64,000 bases of DNA from Alphaproteobacteria bacterium. GTDB taxonomy: Bacteria; Pseudomonadota; Alphaproteobacteria; UBA7887. Location of the stretch: contig CBDCGL010000011.1 of assembly GCA_965216755.1 (NCBI GenBank), forward strand, positions 960,001-1,024,000, in the 5' to 3' direction. Of the stretch, positions 50,873 to 60,507 are shown piece by piece. Below the pieces are notes generated by a model that saw nothing but the letters and a program-made list of their open reading frames with translations, ran no database searches and was not told the origin of the DNA. The stretch's first letter is position 1, and every line of letters begins with the position of its first letter. The translations under genes and the position numbers were made by a program.

Positions 50873-51931
50873 ATGCAACATCACCTGAAGATTGGCGCTG
50901 CGGTGGCGTCGACGACGGCACTACTCAGCATTGGGTCGGCGCAGGCAGCGGATCAGTGGTGGCCGTTCCCCATCTACGACATGTCGTCGGGCGAACGTGT
51001 TGAAACCACTTATGAGCCTTTGGAAAAGGCCGAACAACCTTGGAATTTGTGCGTATTGTTCCCGCACATGAAGGATAGTTTTTGGGTCGCCGTGGCCTAT
51101 GGCATCGTCGAAGAGGCCAAGCGCATGGGGGTCAAGATGACCCTGCTGCAAGCCGGCGGTTATGAGAACCTGCCCAAGCAAATTTCGCAGTTCGACGATT
51201 GTGTTGCCTCAGGTGCGGACGCCATCATCACGGGTGCGATTTCGGAAGCCGGCATGGCCAAGAAGTTTCAAGAGGGCCTGGATAAAGGGATTCCGCAGAT
51301 CAGCACGGTTAATCCTGTGCAAGATGCACCGCTGACTGCCAAGGTTTTTGTCGAATTCGACACGATGGGTGAGCAAACCGGCGATTACTTGGTAGACTAT
51401 CTGGGCGACTCGGGCGGCGAGGCTGTCGCATTCCCTGGCCCCCAGGCTTCGGGCTGGGCGGAAAGCTTCGCAGAGGGATTCAAACGGGCCCTTGACGGCA
51501 CGAATGTCTCACTAATGGAAGAGAAGTTCGGTGACACGGGTGTTTCCGTGCAATTGCGCCTGGTTGAAGATGCACTTCAGACCTATCCCGGCATGAATGT
51601 GATTTGGGGCACGGCGCCAACGGCCGAGGCCGCCATCGGCGCGGTTGCCGAAGCGGGCCTAGCGGATGACATGATCATCATGTCGTCATATGAAAACCAA
51701 GCCATGCTTGACGCCATGACCAACGAAGAAATCCTCGGATTCGCGACCCAGTGGCCGGTGATCGAAGGCCGTATCGCAATCGACATGGCCGTGCGTGCGT
51801 TGGAAGGCAAGGATCTGAAGACCTTTGTCTACATGGTGCCCAAGATGATCAGCAATGCGAACGCCGCGGAGACGGATATGTCAGCCGTGTTGGCACCGGC
51901 CGATTGGCAGCCGGTCTATTCGGTCGACTGA
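50873..51931 (+). CDS. TorT-like periplasmic binding protein of a sugar-type ABC transporter
   Basis: Signal peptide; WNLCVLFPHMKDSFWVAVAYG, AGGY..L..QI.Q...C typical of the TorT family. Confidence 0.85.
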   Translation: MQHHLKIGAAVASTTALLSIGSAQAADQWWPFPIYDMSSGERVETTYEPLEKAEQPWNLCVLFPHMKDSFWVAVAYGIVEEAKRMGVKMTLLQAGGYENLPKQISQFDDCVASGADAIITGAISEAGMAKKFQEGLDKGIPQISTVNPVQDAPLTAKVFVEFDTMGEQTGDYLVDYLGDSGGEAVAFPGPQASGWAESFAEGFKRALDGTNVSLMEEKFGDTGVSVQLRLVEDALQTYPGMNVIWGTAPTAEAAIGAVAEAGLADDMIIMSSYENQAMLDAMTNEEILGFATQWPVIEGRIAIDMAVRALEGKDLKTFVYMVPKMISNANAAETDMSAVLAPADWQPVYSVD

Positions 51932-51956
51932 TCGCTAACGCTTAAGGAGACCCAAG

Positions 51957-53546
51957 GTGTCGGTCGCGGACCGAACCGAAATGCTTGATCAGGAGCCGAT
52001 CGCCACAGAGGCGGTCGGCTCGTCTAACGTGGAATTGGCGCGCCTGACCGGCATTACAAAACGGTTCCCCGGCGTACTGGCACTTGACCGGGTCGATTTT
52101 GACCTCCGACAGGGCGAGGTCCACGTCTTGTTCGGCGAAAATGGTGCCGGTAAATCCACTCTGACGAACATTATTGCCGGAACTTATCCGCCGGACGAAG
52201 GTGAATTCACATATCGCGGCGAAAGCATTCGGTATTTAACGCCGCACCGAGCGCGACGGCTCGGCATAAGCCCAGTTTTCCAGGAGTTTAGCCTAGTTCC
52301 CGAGCTGACGATCGAGGAAAACCTGTTTCTAGGCCATGAGACCAGCGCCCTGGGCGTGCTCCGAAAGCGGCCAATGCGGGCCAAGGCCACCGCGCTTTTG
52401 GACGAGCTAGGATTTACACTAAATCCACGTGCGCGGATTGGCGATTTGTCGCGCGCGCACCAGCAAATGGTTGAAATCGCCAAGGCGCTCCTTCATCAAG
52501 TGCGACTCCTCATCCTTGATGAGCCCACCGCGTCGCTGACCGAATCGGAAACGACGAAGCTATTTGCATTGATCGCGCGCTTGAAGGCGTCGGGTGTTGG
52601 GATCATTTACGTTTCGCACCGCATGAACGAGATCAAGCAATTGGGAGACCGCGTCACCGTTCTGCGCGACGGTCGTCTAATTGAAACGGTAGCAGCAGAC
52701 TCGGTCAGCGAAGCCCAATTGGTCGAGCTGATGACAGGACGGAAAATCGATGTGTTTTTTCCGCACATCGCGCACAACCCAGGGGATACCGTCCTCGCAG
52801 TCGAAAACCTGACCTTGAACCACAGCGCGGTACAGGACGTTTCCTTCAGCGTACGGGCGGGCGAAGTGACAGGATTTGCCGGCCTGGTCGGTTGCGGAAA
52901 ATCGGAACTGGCGCGCGCCGTCTTTGGGCTTCAGAGCATCGCCAGTGGCAAAATTATGCTCAATGGACGCCGGGTTGAACGCTTGTCGCCGCATGCGATC
53001 TTGCGTGAAGACGTTTGTTATTTTCCCTCAGATCGGGTTGCCGAAGGCTTGGCGCTGATTCGACCGGTTCGGGAAAACGCCTCAATGGCCGCGCTTGACC
53101 TACCGCAATTTGCCCAGCGCAATATTTTGAAACGGCGCGCGGAAAAATCGTTGATTCAAGGGATCGTGGACCGGCTAAAGTTACGGCCGCCGTCGATCGA
53201 ACGAACCGTTGGCAATCTTTCCGGCGGCAATCGGCAAAAAGTCATGTTGGCGCGCGGATTGACCCGCGGGACGCGAATTTTTCTATTCGACGAACCAACC
53301 GTCGGTATTGACGTCGGCGCGAAGATCGAAGTCTACGAGTTGATGAAGAAGCTTGCTGAAGACGGCGCCGCCATCATGCTGATTTCATCCGAATTGCCCG
53401 AGGTCCTACATTTGTCGAACCGGTTATATGTCGTGCATCGGGGGCACATGGTGGCTGAGCTCACCGGAGACGACATCAACGAGCAAAAGGTCCTGTCGTG
53501 CTTCTTTGAGCAAGACGGCGAGACACAAAACGACGCGGCCGCGTAG
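51957..53546 (+). CDS. Sugar ABC transporter ATP-binding protein (RbsA/CUT2 type, two NBDs)
   Basis: GENGAGKST, LDEPT, LSGGNRQKV, GIDVGAK. Confidence 0.95.
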   Translation: MSVADRTEMLDQEPIATEAVGSSNVELARLTGITKRFPGVLALDRVDFDLRQGEVHVLFGENGAGKSTLTNIIAGTYPPDEGEFTYRGESIRYLTPHRARRLGISPVFQEFSLVPELTIEENLFLGHETSALGVLRKRPMRAKATALLDELGFTLNPRARIGDLSRAHQQMVEIAKALLHQVRLLILDEPTASLTESETTKLFALIARLKASGVGIIYVSHRMNEIKQLGDRVTVLRDGRLIETVAADSVSEAQLVELMTGRKIDVFFPHIAHNPGDTVLAVENLTLNHSAVQDVSFSVRAGEVTGFAGLVGCGKSELARAVFGLQSIASGKIMLNGRRVERLSPHAILREDVCYFPSDRVAEGLALIRPVRENASMAALDLPQFAQRNILKRRAEKSLIQGIVDRLKLRPPSIERTVGNLSGGNRQKVMLARGLTRGTRIFLFDEPTVGIDVGAKIEVYELMKKLAEDGAAIMLISSELPEVLHLSNRLYVVHRGHMVAELTGDDINEQKVLSCFFEQDGETQNDAAA

Positions 53547-53593
53547 ACCGCGCGGATTTTGCCAGCACCGGCCGCATGGAGGGGGGCGGCTTT

Positions 53594-54619
53594 ATGAGCG
53601 AGCTTACCGCAAGCGGCGATTTCGGTCCGGATACAGAGTCGCGATCCTGGATTCGCCGCGCCATCGGCCGCGTCGGTTTCTTGCCAATCATCGTCATCCT
53701 GTTGATTGTTGTCATCAGCATTGCTGAACCGCGCTTCTTAAACCGCTTGAATCTGTTCAATGTGCTGCGGAATACGTCGTTCCTGATGATCGTCGCGTCC
53801 GGGCAGATGCTGGTGCTGATTGTCGGTGGCTTTGATCTTTCGGTCGGCGCTGTCGTGGCGCTGACTTCGACCGTGACGGCGTCTGTGATGGCGTCAATGA
53901 TGCAGACGACGCCGGAAGCTGTCGGATTGATTATTTTTGTCGGCGTCGTGGCCGGTCTTGGTGCCGGATTCTGCATTGGTCTTATCAATGGATTGTGCGT
54001 CGCGTTTCTCAAGGTGTCACCATTCATGGTGACCCTTGGCACGCTTTCGGTCGCGAGCGGCGTCGCGCTTTACCACACGACCGGCATTCCCGTTTACGGC
54101 ATGCCAAAGGAGTTCACCAAGGAATTCGGCCGCCTGTTCATCCTTGGTCTGCCGGCACAAGTCTATATCGCGCTGGCGCTCATTGTATTGATCTGGGCGA
54201 TGCAAAATTGGACCAAACTGGGCCGTTATATTTACGCCATCGGCGGCAATATCCAAGCGACCCGCGTATCGGGTGTGCCGACCAGTTTCTATTTGATCTT
54301 GGCGTATGTCATGTGCGGGACATTGGCAGCAGTGACCGGGGTACTGCTGACCGCAAAGCTCGGCTCCGGCCAAGCAACGATGGGGACCGATTTCATGCTG
54401 TCTTCGATCGCCGCTGCGGTGATCGGCGGCGTGTCGTTGCGTGGCGGTGTCGGCCGGGTTGAAATGGTTGCCCTCTCCGCTTTGTTTTTGACGATCATTA
54501 CCAACGGCATGAATCTGGTGCGCATTGACAGCAAAATTCAAACGGTTGTCTTGGGCGTCGTGCTGATCGTCGCGGTTGCGTTCGAACAATATGGAGAGCG
54601 GAGGCGACGCGGTGGTTGA
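53594..54619 (+). CDS. Sugar ABC transporter permease (RbsC type)
   Basis: GGFDLSVG, PFMVTLG, YAIGGN, IAAAVIGGVSL.GG. Confidence 0.93.
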   Translation: MSELTASGDFGPDTESRSWIRRAIGRVGFLPIIVILLIVVISIAEPRFLNRLNLFNVLRNTSFLMIVASGQMLVLIVGGFDLSVGAVVALTSTVTASVMASMMQTTPEAVGLIIFVGVVAGLGAGFCIGLINGLCVAFLKVSPFMVTLGTLSVASGVALYHTTGIPVYGMPKEFTKEFGRLFILGLPAQVYIALALIVLIWAMQNWTKLGRYIYAIGGNIQATRVSGVPTSFYLILAYVMCGTLAAVTGVLLTAKLGSGQATMGTDFMLSSIAAAVIGGVSLRGGVGRVEMVALSALFLTIITNGMNLVRIDSKIQTVVLGVVLIVAVAFEQYGERRRRGG

Positions 54620-55619
54620 CACAACGACGGACACCGGCGCCAACGCGCTGTCGCGGGCGATTAACTGGATTCTCGGATACGGCGTTCTTCCAATCCTGCT
54701 GGTTGTTCTATTTGTCGGCTTCGGATTGGTCGAACCGAACGTCTTGTCGATGGCAAACCTGGAGAATATCCTTATCCAGGCCAGCTATTTGACCGTGTTC
54801 GCGACCGCGCAAATGATGGTGCTGTTGACGCGTGGCTTCGATTTGGCGCTGGGCGTGACCGTGTCTTTGGTGAGCGTGGTCAGCGGGCTGGCCATGGTCG
54901 GCTGGCTTGCCGATGAAACCGGTTCGATTGGGTTCGCGATCTTTGTCGGCTGCATCTGCGGCGTGATTGCCGGCGCCCTTGTCGGATTGGTCAACGGCAC
55001 CTGCGTGGCGTGGTTGCGTGTCAATCCCTTCGTGGTGACGTTGGGAACCTGGAATATCGTGTTGGGCATTGCCTCGACCATCAGTGGCGGTTTTCCGGTC
55101 TTTGACATTCCCGCGGAATTTAACATTTGGTTCTACCGGGCATTTTGGTTTGGTCTGCCGTCTCCGGTGGTGATGACGATCGTTATCATGATCGTCACCT
55201 ATTTCGTTTTGAACCACACGGTGTTGGGGCGCAGTTTTTATATCATGGGCGGCAATCCGCGTGCCGCGCACATTGCCGGATTGCCGAGCCGAATTTATCT
55301 CACACTCGCCTATGTGCTCTGTTCAGTCTACGCGGCGGTCGGCGCGTTGATGCTCACCGCGCGGACCGGCTCCGGCGAACCCAACTTGGGCGGCAACCTA
55401 ACCCTTGAGTCCATTGCCGCAGCCGTGATTGGCGGGGTATCGCTGCGTGGCGGCGAAGGTACCGTTTTTTCGCCAATTGTCGGCGCCTTGTTCATCACCG
55501 TTTTGTCGAATGGCATGAACCTGCTGCGCGTCGACGGATACATTCAGCAGATCATCTTGGGTGCGGTTATTGTCGCCGCGATATTTGTCGATCGGCTGCG
55601 ACGGCAACGGTCCGATTGA
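54612..55619 (+). CDS. Second sugar ABC transporter permease
   Basis: RGFDLALG, NPFVVTLG, GGNPRAA, IAAAVIGGVSL.GG. Confidence 0.93.
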   Translation: MVDTTTDTGANALSRAINWILGYGVLPILLVVLFVGFGLVEPNVLSMANLENILIQASYLTVFATAQMMVLLTRGFDLALGVTVSLVSVVSGLAMVGWLADETGSIGFAIFVGCICGVIAGALVGLVNGTCVAWLRVNPFVVTLGTWNIVLGIASTISGGFPVFDIPAEFNIWFYRAFWFGLPSPVVMTIVIMIVTYFVLNHTVLGRSFYIMGGNPRAAHIAGLPSRIYLTLAYVLCSVYAAVGALMLTARTGSGEPNLGGNLTLESIAAAVIGGVSLRGGEGTVFSPIVGALFITVLSNGMNLLRVDGYIQQIILGAVIVAAIFVDRLRRQRSD

Positions 55620-55630
55620 TCGGTGCGAAT

Positions 55631-56386
55631 ATGAAACTGAAGGGTAAAACGGCCATCGTCACCGGCGGCAGTCAAGGAATCGGAGCCGCGATCGCCAAAC
55701 GCTATGGCCAAGAGGGCGCCCATGTGGCGATCGTCAATCATAGCCATGCGGATCGCGCCAAAGCTGTGGCAGAGTCGATCCGCGCCGACGGCGGCACGGC
55801 TGACGCGTTTGCGGCCGATATGACCAAACTTGATCAGATCGAAGCGATGGTCAGCGCGGTTACGGAACGTTGGGGCAGCGCCGATATTCTGGTCAACAAT
55901 GCGGGCTTGTTTCTGCCGACACCGCTGGACGATACGGACGAGGCGACGTGGGACCGGATGATGGACCTAAATCTCAAAGGACCGTTTTTTGCCGCAAAGG
56001 CGGTCGCCCCCGGAATGCGCGCCAAGGGCCGCGGCAAAATTATCAACGTTTCATCGATTGCCGGAACCGGCGGGTTTCCGAATTCAACCGCCTATTGCGT
56101 CACCAAAGGCGGGATCAACATGATGACCAAGGCCCTGTGCCTGGAACTTGCGGCGGACGGCATCAACGTCAACGCGCTGGCGCCAGGAAATGTTGCCACG
56201 GCAATGAATGAAAGCTTGCGTGCTGACGACGCCTATACGGAATCGATGCGACAGCGCACACCCTCCGGCGCGGCTTTTTTGGACACCGCCGACATGGTGG
56301 GATGCGCGGTGTTCCTGGCTTCGGACGATTCGAATCAGGTCCATGGACAAATCATCGGCGTCGACGGTGGATGGACCGCTTGGTGA
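55631..56386 (+). CDS. SDR family oxidoreductase
   Basis: TGGSQGIG, NNAG, YCVTK (YxxxK), VDGGW. Confidence 0.95.
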   Translation: MKLKGKTAIVTGGSQGIGAAIAKRYGQEGAHVAIVNHSHADRAKAVAESIRADGGTADAFAADMTKLDQIEAMVSAVTERWGSADILVNNAGLFLPTPLDDTDEATWDRMMDLNLKGPFFAAKAVAPGMRAKGRGKIINVSSIAGTGGFPNSTAYCVTKGGINMMTKALCLELAADGINVNALAPGNVATAMNESLRADDAYTESMRQRTPSGAAFLDTADMVGCAVFLASDDSNQVHGQIIGVDGGWTAW

Positions 56387-56405
56387 GTCACGCGTGAGAC
56401 GCGCC

Positions 56406-56870
56406 ATGTCGGAAGGCGACCTCACTGAATCCGTCCCACCACCACCGTTAGTTTATCTCGGTGCCATCCTGCTCGGACTAGGTATTGATCGCCTTTGGCC
56501 AGCGGCCTTTCTTCCGCCGGCAGTCCAATACGCCATAGGAACGACGGCCATTGTTCTAAGTATCGTTTTAGCCGCTATCATTCTCCACGCGTTCGTGCGG
56601 CACAAGACAAACCCTATTCATCATCGGCCAACGACCACGATCATCGATACCGGGCCGTTTCGCTATAGCCGCAACCCGATCTATGTGGGAATGACTCTGT
56701 TGCAAATTGGGATCGGGATTTTGGTCGACAGCGCGTGGATTTTGTTGATGGTAGTTCCGGCGGTCTGGATTATTCATCGTTTCGTGGTTTTGAAAGAAGA
56801 AGCTTTTCTTGAGCAACAATTTGGTGAGACATATTTAACCTACAAACAACGTGTCAATAGATGGCTATAG
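56406..56870 (+). CDS. Isoprenylcysteine carboxyl methyltransferase/PEMT-like membrane protein
   Basis: PPPLVY, GPFRYSRNPIYVG, EEAFL..QFG..Y..YK.RV.RW. Confidence 0.88.
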   Translation: MSEGDLTESVPPPPLVYLGAILLGLGIDRLWPAAFLPPAVQYAIGTTAIVLSIVLAAIILHAFVRHKTNPIHHRPTTTIIDTGPFRYSRNPIYVGMTLLQIGIGILVDSAWILLMVVPAVWIIHRFVVLKEEAFLEQQFGETYLTYKQRVNRWL

Positions 56871-56889
56871 ATTTTCAATACACATAGCG

Positions 56890-57338
56890 TTAAATATCGA
56901 GAAACGGATTGAGCCAACGGGCAAATCGACCGGTTAGCGACACCGCGCCATCGGTGACAGCCAAACAGATGCAGTCTTCGCCCGGATCGGCGATCGGCCG
57001 ATGCGCGACCGACGCGTCAGCCACGGCAATGTCACCACGCACAAAGTGACCATGCTCGTCACGAAAACCACCCGCGATGACCAGCGTCAATTCCATTCCA
57101 GCGTGCGTATGAACCGGCATCGCCGCGCCATCGCCCGTGCAAAGTTGCTTTCGTCAAGGCTTTGGGGAGGCAGCGCCTCCAGCATGACACCGCCAAGCTC
57201 TTCGAATTGTGCCTCGTCGCGGCGACAGCGCGGGCAAAGCGCAAGGTGAGTCGCGAGAATAACACTAATCGGAGGTTCGTAGGTCGCGACCGCATAACCG
57301 ACCAATAGATCGTCACTCGGATGGTGTTCAGGCGTCAT
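56890..57338 (-). pseudogene. chrR: ChrR anti-sigma factor pseudogene
   Basis: HHPSDDLL..YA...THLALCPRC zinc anti-sigma domain joined out of frame to cupin HTHAGMELTLV..G.F.D; middle deleted. Confidence 0.85.
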
Positions 57339-57339
57339 T

Positions 57340-57510
57340 GCACCGTCTCCAGCGCGACACGCAGTTTGGATAGAGCAAGCGCAAGCGCGATGTGACCGTG
57401 CCAAGGGGAAGCGATACCTCCGCAGGGATCGCGCTGTGCGATTTGTGGCCGAAATAGGCCAATGGCGGAAGTTCCTTTTGCGCGTCTGACAGGTTCGCCG
57501 CGGCGGCGCG
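57340..57510 (-). pseudogene. rpoE: ECF sigma factor (RpoE) region-4 remnant
   Basis: LSDAQKE...LAYFGHKSHS.I..EVSLPLGTVTSRLRL directly upstream of chrR; region 2 absent. Confidence 0.78.
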
Positions 57511-57567
57511 CCGGGGCTGGCTGCCACCATGAATGCGGGCACGAGATGGACCGAGTGCGGACATTCT

Positions 57568-57980
57568 ATGAAAATTGCGGTTACCGGGGGTGGCATCTCC
57601 GGCCTCGGCGCCACGTGGCGGTTGCTTATTGGATGAACCGGCTGCAGTCACTACAGACAGCCGAGAATGTTTTCGTCACATTAAATCGGTTTCAAGAGCC
57701 AAAGGCCCGTCTGACTCACGTGACCTTCACCTATCACCATCCGCAATTCAATCGCCGCGCCCTTGCGGCGCAAGCGCAACTGCCGCTCATCCAAGGCGGC
57801 AACCGCGTATGGTTTTGTGGCAGCTACTGTGGCTACGGTTTCCACGAGGACGGCTTGCACTGCGGCCTTGCGGTTGCGGCGGCGCTGGGTCAGAACGCGC
57901 CCTGGGCCGTAGAGATCAATCAAATGAGCCGCGCATGGCAGATCGCGACCCCCACGATTCCGGCGCTTGCAGCTGAATAG
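57568..57980 (+). pseudogene. FAD-dependent oxidoreductase (RSP_1091/UfaD-like) with large internal deletion
   Basis: MKIAVTGGGISGLGATWRL joined out of frame to C-terminal YWMNRLQ...FVTLN...YHHP.F...WFCGSYCGYGFHEDG. Confidence 0.85.
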
Positions 57981-57989
57981 CGACCAATA

Positions 57990-58801
57990 ATAGAGAAACG
58001 CGCCCAGCCCCTATCATGCCCTTATTTCGGCCGCGTTATGCACCGACAGCTGCTGCCGTTCCGACACCGGCTTTCATTTCGCGTCTTTTCGATCTTTGTC
58101 GATTTGGACGAATTGCCCGGGTTGGCGCGCCGACTCCTGTTCTTTTCGCACAATCACTGGAACCTGTTCAGCTTCCGCGATGACGACCATGGCCCCTGCG
58201 ACGGCACATCTCCGCAGCCTTGGATCGAAAATCAGCTCGCCCGTGCCGGAATCAATTCGGAAGGCGGCGCCATTTGCCTACTCTGTTTCCCCCGCATGCT
58301 CGGCTACCTGTTCAATCCGTTGACGATTTGGTTTTGCTATCACCGAAGTGGCGCTTTGGTGGCCATCTTATATGAAGTGCACAACACCTTCGGCGAGCGC
58401 CATGGTTACCTGATCCCCGTCGAGGTTAACCGGCCACACGACGACCGGATCGTCCAATCTTGCGATAAGGATTTCTACGTGTCGCCATTCAGCAAATGGA
58501 GGCAACCTACCGCTTCCGTCTCGCCGAACCGGATGCACGTTTGAGCGTGTAGATCCGTCAACGGACTCGGGAAGGTCAGCTGCTTGTCGCCATGCAAATA
58601 GGACGTCGTCGGACACTCAACGACCGCACTCTCTTATGGGCGCTTTTCGCATATCCATTGATGACGCTGAAAGTGACACTTGGGATTTATCGGCATGCCG
58701 CTAAACTCTGGCGGAAGGGTGCAAAATTCGTGTCGCGCCCACCCAAATCCGATGACGCCGTGACCATCGCGTCATCGCCTCTGGCCCGTGCCGCCGATTA
58801 A
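57990..58801 (+). pseudogene. DUF1365 (RSP_1090/UfaO-like) pseudogene
   Basis: Y.GRVMH.R, FNPLTIWFCY, EVHNTFGERH.Y, K.FYVSPF; frameshift near 58495 and in-frame TAG at 58549. Confidence 0.85.
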
Positions 58802-58834
58802 GGTGCGGATGCCAAACTCGCAAGTGAGAATGCC

Positions 58835-60046
58835 ATGCACGCCGAACTCCAAGTCCAAGAACCTCGTAAACGCGCCGGGCTCGCCGAGACGCTTTTCCTC
58901 GCACTGGCAGCACGGGTCAAATATGGCCGGTTGGCGATCACACTGCCCAACGGCGATCAGCTCGAATTCGCGGGGTGTGCCCCTGGACCGCAGGCGTCCT
59001 TGCGGTTCCGACATCCGCGTGCATTTCGGCGGTTGTTGTTGGGTGGCACCCTCGCTTTCGCCGAAGCTTTTATGGACGGCGATTGCGATAGCCCAGACCT
59101 CGCGGCCCTCGTTGAACTCGTGATCAAGAATGAAAAGGCGCTGATGGTCGCCCTGGATGGCCATCGCTGGACCCGCATTCTTCAACGTTTCGGACATCTG
59201 TTGCGCCCGAACTCGCGGCGCGGCGCACGCCGCAACATTGCGCGACACTACGACCTCGGGAACAAGTTTTACGCGCTATGGCTTGATCCTTCGATGACCT
59301 ACTCGTCGGCGGTCTATGAAACACCCCAAGACTCGCTTCACGCCGCGCAAGAGAACAAGTATCGGCGTGTCGCGGAGCTTGCCGGCATTGGTCCCGACGA
59401 TCACGTCCTTGAGATCGGCTGCGGATGGGGCGGTTTTTGTGGCTGGGCTGTGCGCGAAATCGGCTGCCGGCTGACGGCCCTGACGATTTCTCCGGCGCAG
59501 CACGCCCATGCCGCTCGGCGGTTGCAGGATGAAGGAATTGCCGAGAAAGTCGACCTGCGACTGCAGGACTACCGTGACGTGCGCGGCCGTTTTGATCGGA
59601 TTGTGTCGATCGAAATGTTGGAGGCCGTGGGCGAGAAGTATTGGCCCCGTTTTTTCGGCACCCTGCGCGATCGCCTGGCGCCGGCTGGTCGTGCCGTCCT
59701 TCAAGTTATTGTCATCGGCGACGAGTATTTCGACGCCTATCGGAAAGATGTCGACTTCATTCAACGCTACATCTTTCCCGGTGGCCTTTTGCCGTCGCCC
59801 GGCCGACTGGGCGCCGAAGCGCGCCGCGCGGGATTGGACTGGCTCGATCGGCGCAGTTTTGGCCACGACTATGCGCGCACATTGGCCGCCTGGGGGCGCA
59901 CGTTTGAAGGCGCGCGGCAACAGGTCTTTGACTTGGGGTTTGACGAACGTTTCGTCCGCATGTGGCGCTACTACTTGGCTTATTGCGAAGCGGGCTTTAA
60001 GACCGGGCGTATCGACGTGCTGCACGCGGCATTCGCACGAAGTTAG
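58835..60046 (+). CDS. cfa: Cyclopropane/methyl-branched fatty acid synthase (CfaS/UfaM-like SAM methyltransferase)
   Basis: NIARHYDLGN, MTYSSA, VLEIGCGWG, SIEMLEAVG, YIFPGG, YYLAYCEAGF; uninterrupted ORF. Confidence 0.92.
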   Translation: MHAELQVQEPRKRAGLAETLFLALAARVKYGRLAITLPNGDQLEFAGCAPGPQASLRFRHPRAFRRLLLGGTLAFAEAFMDGDCDSPDLAALVELVIKNEKALMVALDGHRWTRILQRFGHLLRPNSRRGARRNIARHYDLGNKFYALWLDPSMTYSSAVYETPQDSLHAAQENKYRRVAELAGIGPDDHVLEIGCGWGGFCGWAVREIGCRLTALTISPAQHAHAARRLQDEGIAEKVDLRLQDYRDVRGRFDRIVSIEMLEAVGEKYWPRFFGTLRDRLAPAGRAVLQVIVIGDEYFDAYRKDVDFIQRYIFPGGLLPSPGRLGAEARRAGLDWLDRRSFGHDYARTLAAWGRTFEGARQQVFDLGFDERFVRMWRYYLAYCEAGFKTGRIDVLHAAFARS

Positions 60047-60069
60047 GCGAACGCGTGTGGTCGAGCCTT

Positions 60070-60252
60070 GAACCGTCACGCGGGCTCGGCCGTGGGGTGC
60101 TCGTGGCCTACGCCCTGCCCGGTCTGCCGCTGGCCGCGGCGCATTTGCCGCTCTATGTGACCCTGCAGCGTTCCAAGCCGTCGATGTCGGACCGGGTTTC
60201 ATTCCGGTCGGTGTGGTCCTGCTCGCGGCCCGCCTGTGGGACGTCGTCTCGA
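60070..60252 (+). pseudogene. GPH-type MFS transporter N-terminal remnant
   Basis: LVAYALPGLPLAAAHLPLYV.L, then the shifted frame VGVVLLAARLWDVVS; rest missing. Confidence 0.65.
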
Positions 60253-60441
60253 AACACCTTGAAGCCGATACGTTCTGACCCTGATTGTACGGCGATCGCG
60301 CGCGCCAAAACGCCAAGATAGACCATGGCCACCGAACCCAACGGTGCTATCGGCGCACGATGGCGGCCTGCGTGCCCGCAAATCATCATTAGTTTGTTAC
60401 CCACGTCGCCCCGTATCGAATCGTCTTTCTCGTGTCGCTTC

Positions 60442-60475
60442 GAAAAAAAAGAAACCCAGCACTGGGCCGGGCTCC
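60442..60475 (-). terminator. Terminator after livK-like gene
   Basis: Minus strand GAGCCCGGC-CCAGT-GCTGGGTTTC followed by a T8 tract. Confidence 0.7.
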
Positions 60476-60507
60476 TCTTCAGCATTCAAGAAAAAGGAAC
60501 GGGTCGG

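Noticed and set aside
59276-60316. 346-aa minus-strand ORF
   Set aside because: Antisense shadow of cfa with no motifs
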